The translations under genes were made by a program, and so were the position numbers. Positions 23,942 through 34,900 of a stretch of DNA of 64,000 bases are shown here, in pieces. The stretch lies in the NCBI GenBank assembly GCA_965214405.1, contig OZ243956.1:4288001-4352000 (forward strand). The letters run 5' to 3'. The notes beneath the pieces were generated by a model, which made no database searches, was not told the origin of the DNA, and saw nothing but the letters and a program-made list of their open reading frames with translations. Numbering within the stretch: the first letter of the stretch is position 1; the number at the start of each line of letters is the position of its first letter. Source of the stretch: Trueperaceae bacterium (lineage in GTDB: Bacteria > Deinococcota > Deinococci > Deinococcales > Trueperaceae).

Positions 23942-24364
23942 TTACACGCCTCGAGCCCCCACCGGATGCGCCTTACTAAACTCCAACAAATCCCACAGAT
24001 TTCCGTAAAGGTCTTCAAAAACGGCGACCGTGCCGTAAGCTTCCGTTTTGGGCTCCCTCACAAACTTTATGCCCTTTGCCACCATATCGTTGTAGTCTCT
24101 CCAAAAATCGTCCGTGCTGAGAAACAAGAACACTCTGCCGCCGGATTGATTGCCGATAAAGGGCTGCTGTTCGGGTTTCGACGCTCTCGCTAGGAGTAAG
24201 GTTGCGCCGCTCGAGCCCGGTGGAGAAACCACCACCCAACGTTTGTCTTGCTCGAGTTGATGAGTGTCCTCGAGGACCGTGAAGTGAAGTTTGTTCGTAT
24301 AGAAGTCTATGGCCTCGTCGTAATCTTTGATGACTAAGGCGATGTGGGCGATGGATTGTTTCAT
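23942..24364 (-). CDS. VOC/glyoxalase family protein
   Basis: IALV.KDYDEAI.FY, KRWVVV.PPG, YGTVAVFEDLYGNLWDL. Confidence 0.92.
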   Translation of the reverse strand: MKQSIAHIALVIKDYDEAIDFYTNKLHFTVLEDTHQLEQDKRWVVVSPPGSSGATLLLARASKPEQQPFIGNQSGGRVFLFLSTDDFWRDYNDMVAKGIKFVREPKTEAYGTVAVFEDLYGNLWDLLEFSKAHPVGARGV

Positions 24365-24466
24365 GGGTTGATTCTCCGTTACGTTACTTCTGCTGCGTAA
24401 TGAACTAATTTCGCACGGTCAAGAGCGTTCAAACGCAAGTGGGACATAGTTTGAGTAATTTGCGCG

Positions 24467-25246
24467 TCAGTACGGAGTAAAGCCCATAGTTTTCCCTGCC
24501 GTATCCAAAAACCAGCGCCCTTGCATCATGCTGTTGACGCCGAAGATGAGGTCTACTTTTCTACCAATGACGCTGCTTAGGCCGCTTAAATCTGTGACCA
24601 TGCCTTCTAGTTTCAACTCGTAGTCACCAAATTTGACCGTACCGAGGTTGAGAAACTCGAGCGTTCGCTCATCGCTGAGGGTGTCATGAACGGGCACATC
24701 AAAAAGTTTTTCCGCCTTTGGAAAGTTCTTTAGACACGCCTGGTCAATCACCGTGTTGCCCGCTCCAAGGTCAAAAACAGCACTGACTTCCCCCTCGCCC
24801 TGAAGCGAAAAGAACGGCAGTCCCATGACTGTGTCCAAGGATTGTGTTGCAAGTTTGGTCAAACCATCAGCAGACCATTTGCTGATGGTTTGTGTCCTGA
24901 AATCAAAAACGATGGGTTCAGACAAGATGATGTCGTTACTGAGCACCACATCAGCGTCAAACGGGAGGTTGGTAAGCACGTCCTTGTGGTCAACGACGGA
25001 CGCAGAAACATCGTCAAACGTTTTGTCTAAAAAAGTTAGCGATTCAATTTGGACCATCTTTACCTTCTGCTTGCCAAAAACGCCAGCAACGTCTTTTTCA
25101 CCCGTAACGCCCAGCTCTTGAGCAAGCGCTTTTGTGACGCGGCAACGGTTCGCCCCCGTATCCAACTGGGCAAACGTTTCTTTGCCGTTGATGTTTACAG
25201 GCATGTAAATCCACCAGTCGAAAATTGTAAACCGCGTGTCTGCCAT
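24467..25246 (-). CDS. Two-domain retropepsin-like aspartyl protease
   Basis: V.INGK....LDTGA and a second FDLGA motif; lower GC than the flanks. Confidence 0.7.
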   Translation of the reverse strand: MADTRFTIFDWWIYMPVNINGKETFAQLDTGANRCRVTKALAQELGVTGEKDVAGVFGKQKVKMVQIESLTFLDKTFDDVSASVVDHKDVLTNLPFDADVVLSNDIILSEPIVFDFRTQTISKWSADGLTKLATQSLDTVMGLPFFSLQGEGEVSAVFDLGAGNTVIDQACLKNFPKAEKLFDVPVHDTLSDERTLEFLNLGTVKFGDYELKLEGMVTDLSGLSSVIGRKVDLIFGVNSMMQGRWFLDTAGKTMGFTPY

Positions 25247-25344
25247 TTAGTCCTCCTGAAGCTAAGTCTTTAGAAAGATTATACGGCTAACCGTCCAGTA
25301 GACCCCCAAACAGATTTGGTTTGGAAACATGGTTACTCCTTCGC

Positions 25345-27363
25345 TTAATCCGCCGCCTCTTGCCTCACCGCCTCAATCCTCACCACCACATTCCCAAAGG
25401 TGCTACCCCCGCCCAAATCGGTCAACCGTTCGCTGGTAAGGTCGTTCAAACTCTTCCCGTCGGGGGCCAGCTTGGGCCACCACTGCCCGAGCGCGACGAG
25501 CGCGCCCTCCACCGCGTCCTCGCTGACCAGGGTTTTGCGTAAGATGCTGCCTTGGGCGCTTACGATTTCATGACGCTCCCCGTGCTGGATGTTAAAGCGT
25601 GCGGCGTCTCGAGGGTGAATCATCACCTGCGGCTCGCCGCCCGCGGCCTCGAGCAGGCTCTCGATGTTGCCCATGCTGGTGTTGAGCACGTGCGAGCCGG
25701 GGGGCGAAATCATGCGGAGCGGGTAGGTGGGGCTCGGTTGCTCTTCGAAGGTGAGCTGCCGCGGCGCGGGGGAGAAGCGAATCTTTTTGTCCTCGAAGTG
25801 GCTGCCGTCGGCGTAGGGGCGGAAGTCGGCGGGCAGGTTCAGCCGGATGCTGCGCTCTTCTTTGAGCCGCTCGAGAGTAATGCCCCGCACCGAAGGATGG
25901 TCGCTGTTTAATAAATCCCTCGCCACCTCTTCCGCGCTCCAGGTGAGGGTTTCGTCCTCAAGCCCCAAGCATTTGGCGAGTTCACCAAAAACCCAGGAGT
26001 TGGGGCGCGCCTCGCCTCGAGCCTCCACCACCGGCTCCGCCCACTGCAAGTAGTAGTGACCGTAGGCGGTGTAGAGGTCGGGGTGCTCCAAAAAGGTCGT
26101 CGCGGGTAAAAGATAATCGGCGTAGTCGGCGGAGTCGGTCTGGAAATGCTCCAAGACGACGGTGAAAAGGTCCTCACGCGTTAGACCTTTACGGACTCGA
26201 GACGAATCGGGCGCAACCGCCGCCGGGTTGGAGTTGAACACAAAAAGCGCCTTGATAGGATTTTCTGTCTCTTCCAACGCCGAGGCGAGACGGTTCTGGT
26301 TGATGCGCCGCACCCCCGGCTTGACAAGGTGCGCCCCCGCATAGCGCGCCGTGTTGAGGCCGAAGCCGCCGCTCGTGGAAATCGCCGCCCCGCCGCCCCG
26401 GTGTTGCCAGGCCCCGGTAAGCGCCGGGAGCAGCGTGACCGCCCGCACCGCGTTGCCGCCGCCCTCGTTGCGGGTCATGCCGTAGCCGATGCGGATAAAG
26501 GAGGCGCGTGAGGTGGCAAAAGCTCGAGCTACCTTTCGAATACGTTCGGCAGAGAGCCCGCAGAGGGCCGCCGCGCGTTCGGGCGTCCATTCAGCGCAGG
26601 CGGCGCGGTAGTCGCTGAGGTCGTTGGCGTGGGCCTCGAGGTACGCCCTGTCCTCCAAACCCTCCTCCAAAATCACCCCACTCATCGCCAGCGCCAAGGC
26701 CGCGTCGGTCCCTACGTTGAGCTGCCAGTGCTCGTCGGCAAAGCGCGAGGTCTCGTTGCGGTAGGGGTCGATGTGGAGGACCAACGCGCCGTTTCGCCGC
26801 GCCTCTTTGAGAAACGGCGTGAGGTGGAGATTGCTGCGCAGCGAGTTGATGCCCCAGAGGATAATAAACTTCGCGTGCGGCACGCTTTCGGGGTCGGTGC
26901 CCACCTTGTGTGGCCCGTAGTTCGCCTCCCAACCCGCGCCGCCCGTCGCGGCGCAGATGGTCCACTCGAGTTCCGACGCACCCAACGCACGAAAAAACGC
27001 GAGCGGGTGGTCGCGCTCGACGAAACCCATCGTCCCGGCATAGGAGTAAGGCAGCACGGCCTCGCCGCCGTATTCGTCAACGACGCCCCGGAGTTTTGCC
27101 GCAATCTCGCCCAACGCCTCGTCCCAGCTCACGGGCTCGAAACGGCCCTCGCCCTTTGCGCCCACACGTTTGAGGGGGTGCTCGAGCCTCTCCCCATGAT
27201 TCTGCCGCTCAGGATACTTGTACGTCTTGACGCAGGCAAAACCCTTGGTCACGGGGTGCGCGGGGTTGCCCTCGAGCTTGACAACCTCGCCATTTTCAAC
27301 CGTGATGAGCAACGAGCAGGTGTCGGGGCAGTCTAGGGGGCAGACGGAAGGAAGTTTGGGCAT
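25345..27363 (-). CDS. Molybdopterin-dependent oxidoreductase (YoaE-like)
   Basis: CPLDCPDTC..C Fe-S motif, RL..PLKR.G.KG, TICA, DYLLPATTFLE, C-terminal MGD-binding domain. Confidence 0.9.
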   Translation of the reverse strand: MPKLPSVCPLDCPDTCSLLITVENGEVVKLEGNPAHPVTKGFACVKTYKYPERQNHGERLEHPLKRVGAKGEGRFEPVSWDEALGEIAAKLRGVVDEYGGEAVLPYSYAGTMGFVERDHPLAFFRALGASELEWTICAATGGAGWEANYGPHKVGTDPESVPHAKFIILWGINSLRSNLHLTPFLKEARRNGALVLHIDPYRNETSRFADEHWQLNVGTDAALALAMSGVILEEGLEDRAYLEAHANDLSDYRAACAEWTPERAAALCGLSAERIRKVARAFATSRASFIRIGYGMTRNEGGGNAVRAVTLLPALTGAWQHRGGGAAISTSGGFGLNTARYAGAHLVKPGVRRINQNRLASALEETENPIKALFVFNSNPAAVAPDSSRVRKGLTREDLFTVVLEHFQTDSADYADYLLPATTFLEHPDLYTAYGHYYLQWAEPVVEARGEARPNSWVFGELAKCLGLEDETLTWSAEEVARDLLNSDHPSVRGITLERLKEERSIRLNLPADFRPYADGSHFEDKKIRFSPAPRQLTFEEQPSPTYPLRMISPPGSHVLNTSMGNIESLLEAAGGEPQVMIHPRDAARFNIQHGERHEIVSAQGSILRKTLVSEDAVEGALVALGQWWPKLAPDGKSLNDLTSERLTDLGGGSTFGNVVVRIEAVRQEAAD

Positions 27364-28037
27364 GGCTTAGGATACGTCTTCACAGCGCCCTCTACCAAAC
27401 CTCGCGCAGGTCGAGCAAAAAACCCGCCAGCGTGGGGTCTCCCGAAACCGTATCGGGATTGTCCAGCACCTCAACGTCGTCGGTTGTATAGACGCAAACG
27501 CGCTTCTCGCCCGGAACGATAAGCCAACCCAAGAGAGCGCCGTTCTCTCTATACTCCACCATTTTCTTTTGTAAAACGTTCACGCTGTCGGTGGGGGAGG
27601 CGAGCTCGAGCACGAACTCGGGACACAGGGGCGCAAACGCCCGGTACTCTTTTTCGGAGACTTCGGCTAAACGTTCCAAACTCACCCACGAAGCGTCGGG
27701 CGAGCGCACCGCGCCGTTGGGCAAGCGAAAGCCCGTGGAGGAGCCGAACGCCTTGCCCGTCCCGTCCCCCTTGGCCCACAGCCTGAGCTGCATGTTGACT
27801 TCCGAATCCCTGTCTCCCGTCTCGGTTCCGGTGGGCGGCATGACGATGAGGTCTCCTTCGGCGCTCCGCTCGAGGCGCACGTTCTGGTTGAGGGATGAAA
27901 GCTCGAGGAGCCACGCGTCATCCAGAACCAAATCACGAGGAAAACGCAGCGTGATGGGTTTCTCCCCAGCGTTAGGTTCCGGCTTGTGAGGTGGGCGAAC
28001 CGCCATGCCTTAGGATACGCCTTTTCGCATCGCCCTC
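27361..28037. repeat. Degenerate ~33-bp direct repeats flanking the Uma2 gene (27361-27392 and 28004-28037)
   Basis: catggcttaggatacgtc--ttcacagcgccctc vs catgccttaggatacgccttttcgcatcgccctc (28 of 34 columns identical). Confidence 0.75.
27392..28006 (-). CDS. Uma2 (DUF820) family restriction-fold endonuclease
   Basis: RLER...G.LIVMPP, FGSSTGF.LPNGA.RSPDASW, PEFV.EL.SP.D, KM.EY..NG..LGWLI. Confidence 0.93.
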   Translation of the reverse strand: MAVRPPHKPEPNAGEKPITLRFPRDLVLDDAWLLELSSLNQNVRLERSAEGDLIVMPPTGTETGDRDSEVNMQLRLWAKGDGTGKAFGSSTGFRLPNGAVRSPDASWVSLERLAEVSEKEYRAFAPLCPEFVLELASPTDSVNVLQKKMVEYRENGALLGWLIVPGEKRVCVYTTDDVEVLDNPDTVSGDPTLAGFLLDLREVW

Positions 28038-28582
28038 ACCGAATCCCGCGCAAAACGGCGCTGCATGTGCCGCGCGAAGGGGTAGCCGAGCCACACCAAA
28101 GGGTGCTGCGGCCTCGAGAGAGCCAGCAGGTTGTACCAAACTGAACCATCCCGCAACTCGACCGAAAACCGCTCCTCACCCTCTTCCAAATGCCCCGGCA
28201 GCGTGCCGATGGCGAAGCCGTAGCGCGTGGGCGTGTCCACCACGTAGACGATGCGGGCGGTGCTCAGCGAGTAGAACCCCAAGTGACGCGCGAGGATGCC
28301 AAAGGTTGCGCCGGGTTCGATTTTTGAGGTAGGCGGGTGAAGCTCGAGCCAAGGCGCGCCGTACATCACGAGAGCGTTCACCGCGGCTTTGGCGCTTGAG
28401 AAAGCCTTTTCGCCGCCCCCTAACCTTGCCCGGTAGTGGTCCACTTTGTAATTCGAAGGCGGGTGACGCAAGCGTGCGCCGGGATGGGTTATGCCGACCT
28501 CGCGTTAGGAAAAGGGAAGGCGGCGCTGGGCCTCGAGCACCCTCTCAACGTGCTTTCTATCGGGACGCGTGAGATAAAACAA
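28010..28582 (-). pseudogene. DUF1990 family protein with an in-frame premature stop
   Basis: TTG start 28582 MFYLTRP...LPFS-TAA(28507-28505)-REVG..., then YGFAIGTLPGHLEEGEERF in the same frame. Confidence 0.7.
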
Positions 28583-28584
28583 GG

Positions 28585-29268
28585 CTAACGGAGGTGCGTG
28601 CCGAAAAACTCCAATGTCCGCTCCCACGCGTCCGCCGAGGCTGCGGCGTCGTACGCGCCTCCCTGGTCGTTGAAAAAGGAGTGTTTCGCGTCCTCGTAGA
28701 TTTTGATGTCGTGCGGAACGTTGGCGTCACTAAGCTTGGCGTCCAGCTTCTTGGCGGCCCCGGCGGTGAAATCTTTTTCGGGATAGGAACCCACCACTGG
28801 GCAGGCGCGCTTGACGGCCTCTAAGGGCCGCGGGTTCATGCCGTAGAAGGGCGCGATGGCCCCCAGCCGGTCATCGGTGCAGGCCCAGGCGATGGCTAAG
28901 CCGCCGCCCATGCAAAAGCCAATCGCGCCCACGTGCTCGGGGTCCACGTCGGGCTGGGGCGAGAGAAAAGAGAGCGCGGCCTTGAGGTTTTTGACGCCGC
29001 CGTGCTCGAGCGCATTGAACAGCATCCCGCCCATCATCTGCGCCATGCAGAGCGCGCGGTTGCGGCCCGCGAACAGGTCCACGGCGAGCGCCGCGTAGCC
29101 CTCCCCGGCAAAGCGGGCGGCGATGTCGCGGATGTTCTCATTCAGCCCGAAAATCTCGTGAATCACCACCACGGCGGGAAAGGGTCCCTCGCCCTCGGGG
29201 CGGGCATAAAAGGCTTCGAGTTCCCGGTCGTGTCCGGAAAAGGTGAGTTTTTGGGCGGTCTGGGCCAT
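28585..29268 (-). CDS. Dienelactone hydrolase family protein
   Basis: VVVIHEIFGLN, GFCMGG nucleophile motif, A.HSFFND. Confidence 0.92.
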   Translation of the reverse strand: MAQTAQKLTFSGHDRELEAFYARPEGEGPFPAVVVIHEIFGLNENIRDIAARFAGEGYAALAVDLFAGRNRALCMAQMMGGMLFNALEHGGVKNLKAALSFLSPQPDVDPEHVGAIGFCMGGGLAIAWACTDDRLGAIAPFYGMNPRPLEAVKRACPVVGSYPEKDFTAGAAKKLDAKLSDANVPHDIKIYEDAKHSFFNDQGGAYDAAASADAWERTLEFFGTHLR

Positions 29269-29374
29269 AGTTCCTCCTTTTGAAAGTTTAGCCCCCACGT
29301 GGGGCTTTACCGTTCTGTGGCGCGGAAAGCTCGAGACTCAGGAGTCTCAAGGCGCGGGTGTGTCTTGCTCGAAG

Positions 29375-29438
29375 GATCCCCCTTGGTAAGGGGGACTTGT
29401 GAAGCTGTTCCCCCTTGTTAAGGGGGGTAGGGGGGATC
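29375..29438. repeat. REP-like double-hairpin element (CCCCCTT-NNN-AAGGGGG x2)
   Basis: GATCCCCCTTGGTAAGGGGGAC...TTCCCCCTTGTTAAGGGGGGTAGGGGGGATC. Confidence 0.7.
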
Positions 29439-29542
29439 ACAACGTAAGGAACGGCGCGGGTGGGTCACAGGCCGAAAGGGTAGACTAGAGCGTAAAGCAT
29501 TACGACGTTAGCCACGCTAGTAACAGCGTTGAAAGGAAAATT

Positions 29543-30931
29543 ATGGACTATGAAATCATCGTGATCGGCTCCGGGCCGGGCGGCTACCACGCGGCGATTC
29601 GCGCGGCGCAGCTGGGCAAGAAAACCGCCTGCGTAGAGCGGGAGTACGTCGGCGGCGTCTGCCTCAACGTCGGCTGCATCCCTACCAAAGCGCTCCTGCA
29701 CGCCGCCGAGGATTTGCGCGGGGCGAAGCACGCCGAAGCCTACGGGATTAAATTTGGTGAGCCGGAGGTGGATTTGCAGGCGCTCGACAAGTGGAAGAGC
29801 GGCGTGGTGAACAAGCTCACGGGCGGGGTGAGGAATCTCTTGAAGGGTAACAAGGTGGACGTGCTCGAGGGAACAGCCCACTTCAAAGACCCGCACACCA
29901 TCCAGGTGGGCGACAAAACCGTCACCGCGGATAAGTTCATCGTGGCGACGGGTTCGGAGCCCATCGAGATACCGGGGTTTGAGACGAACGGCGAGACGAT
30001 TGTGAATTCCACGGGCGCGCTCAACGTGACGGAGGTGCCCAAAAGGATGCTCTGCATCGGCGGCTCCGCGATTGGGCTCGAGTTCGCCGACATCTACGAC
30101 GCGCTGGGTGCCGAGGTCACGGTGGTCGAGTTGCTAGACCACATCGTGCCGACGAGCGACGAGGATGTGGCGAAAGAGCTTGCCAAAACGTTTACCAAGC
30201 GCGGCATCACCCTCAAGACGAAGACCAAGGCGGTGAGTCAGAAGAAGACGAAAAAGGGGCTCGAGGTGGTGCTCGAGACTACCGACGGCGAGCAAGAAAC
30301 GTTGGTGGTTGACAAAATTCTCGTCGCCGTCGGGCGCAGGCCGCGGGCCAAGGGCTTTGGGTTGGAGGAGCTAGGCGTGACCATCGAGCGCGGCTTTGTC
30401 CCCACCAACGATCATATGCAGACGAACATTCCGCACATCTACGCCATCGGCGACGTGGCGCGCCCGCCCCTGCTGGCCCACAAGGCGATGAAAGAGGGGC
30501 TGGTGGCCGCCGAGCACGCCTCGGGCGAGCCGAGCGCCTACGACACCATCGTCCCGAGCGTCATCTACACGAGCCCCGAACTTGCCAGCGTCGGCCTGAC
30601 AGAAAAGGAGGCCAAGGAGGCGGGTTATGAGGTCAGGGTCGGCATGTTCCCGCTCGCCGCCTCGGGCCGCGCGATGACGCTGGGCGTGAGCGACGGGCTG
30701 GTCAAGCTCGTCGGCGACGCCGAGACGGATTTGCTTCTGGGCTTTCAGATGGTGGGGCCGGACGCAGGCGACATCGTGTCCGAGGCGGTGCTGGCGCTCG
30801 AGATGGGCGCAACTTTAGAAGACATCTCGCTCATCCAGCACGCCCACCCGACCATCGCCGAGGGCTTTATGGAGGCTGCCGAGGCGGCGCACGGCAGGGC
30901 GATTCATATTGCGAACAAGAAGCGCAAGTAG
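29543..30931 (+). CDS. lpdA: Dihydrolipoyl dehydrogenase
   Basis: [31 protein letters not shown]. Confidence 0.96.
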   Translation: MDYEIIVIGSGPGGYHAAIRAAQLGKKTACVEREYVGGVCLNVGCIPTKALLHAAEDLRGAKHAEAYGIKFGEPEVDLQALDKWKSGVVNKLTGGVRNLLKGNKVDVLEGTAHFKDPHTIQVGDKTVTADKFIVATGSEPIEIPGFETNGETIVNSTGALNVTEVPKRMLCIGGSAIGLEFADIYDALGAEVTVVELLDHIVPTSDEDVAKELAKTFTKRGITLKTKTKAVSQKKTKKGLEVVLETTDGEQETLVVDKILVAVGRRPRAKGFGLEELGVTIERGFVPTNDHMQTNIPHIYAIGDVARPPLLAHKAMKEGLVAAEHASGEPSAYDTIVPSVIYTSPELASVGLTEKEAKEAGYEVRVGMFPLAASGRAMTLGVSDGLVKLVGDAETDLLLGFQMVGPDAGDIVSEAVLALEMGATLEDISLIQHAHPTIAEGFMEAAEAAHGRAIHIANKKRK

Positions 30932-30951
30932 CCTCCCACTTTCTCTCCGTT

Positions 30952-30990
30952 GAAGGGCGGGCCGCAACGGCTCGCCTTTTCTACTTTTTT
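30952..30990 (+). terminator. lpdA terminator
   Basis: GAAGGGCGGGCC-GCAA-CGGCTCGCCTTTTC plus T tract. Confidence 0.7.
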
Positions 30991-31001
30991 AACCCAGCGT
31001 C

Positions 31002-31114
31002 TGCTATACTCACTTCGCCGGGTCTCCGGCATCCTTATGCGCGACTAAACATTCTTTCAACCCGTCTTCACGCGTGCGCTTCGCACGCTGGCTTTTCACG
31101 TTGAAAGGTGTTTT
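31002..31114 (+). promoter_or_regulatory. Promoter and candidate uORF/anti-SD attenuator of the ABC-F gene
   Basis: TG-C-TATACT extended -10; uORF ATG CGC GAC TAA (31037-31048); 31047-31061 pairs with the SD region 31100-31113. Confidence 0.55.
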
Positions 31115-32677
31115 ATGTCCACTACGCTCCAGGCGGAAGGGCTGACCTACCGCTATCCCAACCAAGCCGATTTTCTTTTCCAATCCCTCTCCTTTTCGCT
31201 CTACGCCGCCGACAAGGTCGCCCTGCTGGGTGCCAACGGCGTGGGTAAAACGACGCTGCTGGAGCTTCTGAACGGCGATTTGTCTCCTTTAGAAGGTCAC
31301 ATTACGCGCCGCGACGCGCCCTATTATTTGCGCCAGGAGGATTTGCTTAACGGGAACGCACGCGTCCTCGACGCGCTTTTAACGTCACTCCCCGGCCTTG
31401 GTCCCCTATGGGCGGAGTTGCGCCAGATGGAAGAAGCGGGCGTGTCCGATCCTTTGCGCTACGCGGAATGCCTAGGCGCGTTTGCCGAGCGCGGCGGCTA
31501 CGAGGTGCAGGGGCGGCTCGAGGCCGAACTGGACGCTCTGGGCTTCCCGGCGGAGATGCTGACGCGTCCCCTCACCGACCTTTCCGGCGGCGAGCGGCGG
31601 CTCCTGCGCCTCATCGCGGCTTTTATGCACCCTCAAAGCCTCTACCTGTTTGATGAGCCGACGAACTACCTCGACGCGCGCGGCGTCCGCTATTTGGTAA
31701 CGCGGCTACGCGAGACGCCCGCGGCTTGCCTCATCGTGTCGCACGACCGGCGCTTTTTGGACGAGACGATCACGGGGGTGTGGGAACTCACGCGTGGGCG
31801 ACTGACGCGCTACCGCGGTTCGTACTCGAGCTTTCGCGCCACCAAAGAAGCGCGCCATACGGAGGCGGTGCGGACGAGTCAAAAGTTGGGGCGAGAAATA
31901 GGTGAGCTTCGGGAGCAGGAGCGCACCTATAAAGTGTGGGGCGCGCGCAAAGAAAAGGAGAAGTCGGGCGCGGCGGACAAGGGCTTTATCGGCGCGCGCG
32001 CTGCCCGCCTCACCAAGCGCGGCATCCAGGCTAAAGAGCGGTTGCGGGAGCGTGTCGAAGCGCTCGAGCAGGCGAAGCCCTGGGTGGAAAAGCGTTACGC
32101 TTTCTCTTTCGAGCCTAGCGAAGTGCCGCGCGGCGTGTGTTTGAGCGCGCGGTTTTTCAACCCTGAAGAAACGTCGCTGCTCGTCGCCTGGGGTGAGCGG
32201 GTGGCGCTGGGGGGCGGGAACGGGGTGGGGAAGACGACGCTGCTACGGGCGCTGCTCGAGCCCCACGCAACGGGCGTCCATTGGGACGCGCGCGCCGTCA
32301 TCGGCTACTTGCCGCAGCGGTGGGACGATTCGCACGACGGTGAGGCCGTGGCCGCGCGATTTCCTCGAGAGGCGCACGACAGGGCGCGGACGTTGCTGGG
32401 CGTGCTGGGCGTCGGGGGCGAAACCTTTGCGGGTCCCCTTGGCGCGCTCAGCGAGGGGCAGAAGCGGAAGGTGCGGTTGGTGGAGGTTGTCTTGGCGCGG
32501 CCCAACGTGCTCGTGCTGGACGAGCCGACGACGCACCTCGACTACACCAGTATCGAGATGCTCGAGGCCGCCCTCACCGCGTTTGAGGGAACCCTTTTGC
32601 TTGTGACGCACGACGCCTATTTGCTGGGGCGCGTTGCCCAACGGGTGGTCGAGGTCGCGCCGCGCGTGCCTGGATAG
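31115..32677 (+). CDS. ABC-F family ATPase (possible ribosome-protection/ARE type)
   Basis: Two NBDs (GANGVGKT, LSGGE, DEPTNYLD; GGNGVGKT, LSEGQ, DEPTTHLD), no TM, basic interdomain linker. Confidence 0.88.
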   Translation: MSTTLQAEGLTYRYPNQADFLFQSLSFSLYAADKVALLGANGVGKTTLLELLNGDLSPLEGHITRRDAPYYLRQEDLLNGNARVLDALLTSLPGLGPLWAELRQMEEAGVSDPLRYAECLGAFAERGGYEVQGRLEAELDALGFPAEMLTRPLTDLSGGERRLLRLIAAFMHPQSLYLFDEPTNYLDARGVRYLVTRLRETPAACLIVSHDRRFLDETITGVWELTRGRLTRYRGSYSSFRATKEARHTEAVRTSQKLGREIGELREQERTYKVWGARKEKEKSGAADKGFIGARAARLTKRGIQAKERLRERVEALEQAKPWVEKRYAFSFEPSEVPRGVCLSARFFNPEETSLLVAWGERVALGGGNGVGKTTLLRALLEPHATGVHWDARAVIGYLPQRWDDSHDGEAVAARFPREAHDRARTLLGVLGVGGETFAGPLGALSEGQKRKVRLVEVVLARPNVLVLDEPTTHLDYTSIEMLEAALTAFEGTLLLVTHDAYLLGRVAQRVVEVAPRVPG

Positions 32678-32829
32678 ATTACCTGGGTAGATGGGCGTAC
32701 CGAAACTGTACCGAAACTGAAACGCTGCTTTCCACTTGGTCCTTAGGTAGATTCAAACCGTGCTTACCCTTTGCCAAACGCTACCTACGCTCAAGCGAGG
32801 AGCGCCTCACGCGCTTTCGCGTTTACAAT

Positions 32830-32970
32830 CTACCCATCCTCTAAGTTGACGGTGCGCTTGACGTGCTCCAACAGCCTCGGGTCGTGCGCCGAACACACAA
32901 AGGTGACGCCCCTCTCTTCGTTCAAACGCCTCATCTCGGTGAGATCACTCCCTGACTTACTGTCTAAGTT
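32830..32970 (-). pseudogene. 3' fragment of a LolD-type ABC ATPase, paralogous to 11628-12380
   Basis: NLDSKSGSDLTEMRRLNEERGVTFVCSAHDPRLLEHVKRTVNLEDG* vs NLDKNTSLSLITHMKRLNEERGVTFLFSTHDPRLLAYVKRTVSVEDG. Confidence 0.8.
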
Positions 32971-33108
32971 GTTACCCAACGGGTACCAAGCCGCGTGAGG
33001 TGGACCCCTTTGTCAGGGTCTGGCTTGCTTATGTTGGGCGTTACGCACCTGCGGCGCAGCCTGTTTACGCGCCTTTTCGCTGCCGGGCCTTGAAAAGTAA
33101 GAGCCTGA

Positions 33109-34869
<1,761 letters not shown>

Positions 34870-34900
34870 GGCGAAGTTCAGGCGGGGTTCAGATTCCGGC

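Noticed and set aside
24384..24400. RDRM (DdrO)-like 17-mer TTACTTCTGCTGCGTAA before the VOC gene
   Set aside because: Left half lacks the conserved G; a single weak match
22587..25246. Integron cassette array (co-oriented TA, VOC and protease genes)
   Set aside because: No attC-like RYYYAAC...GTTRRRY palindromes between the genes and no integrase in the window
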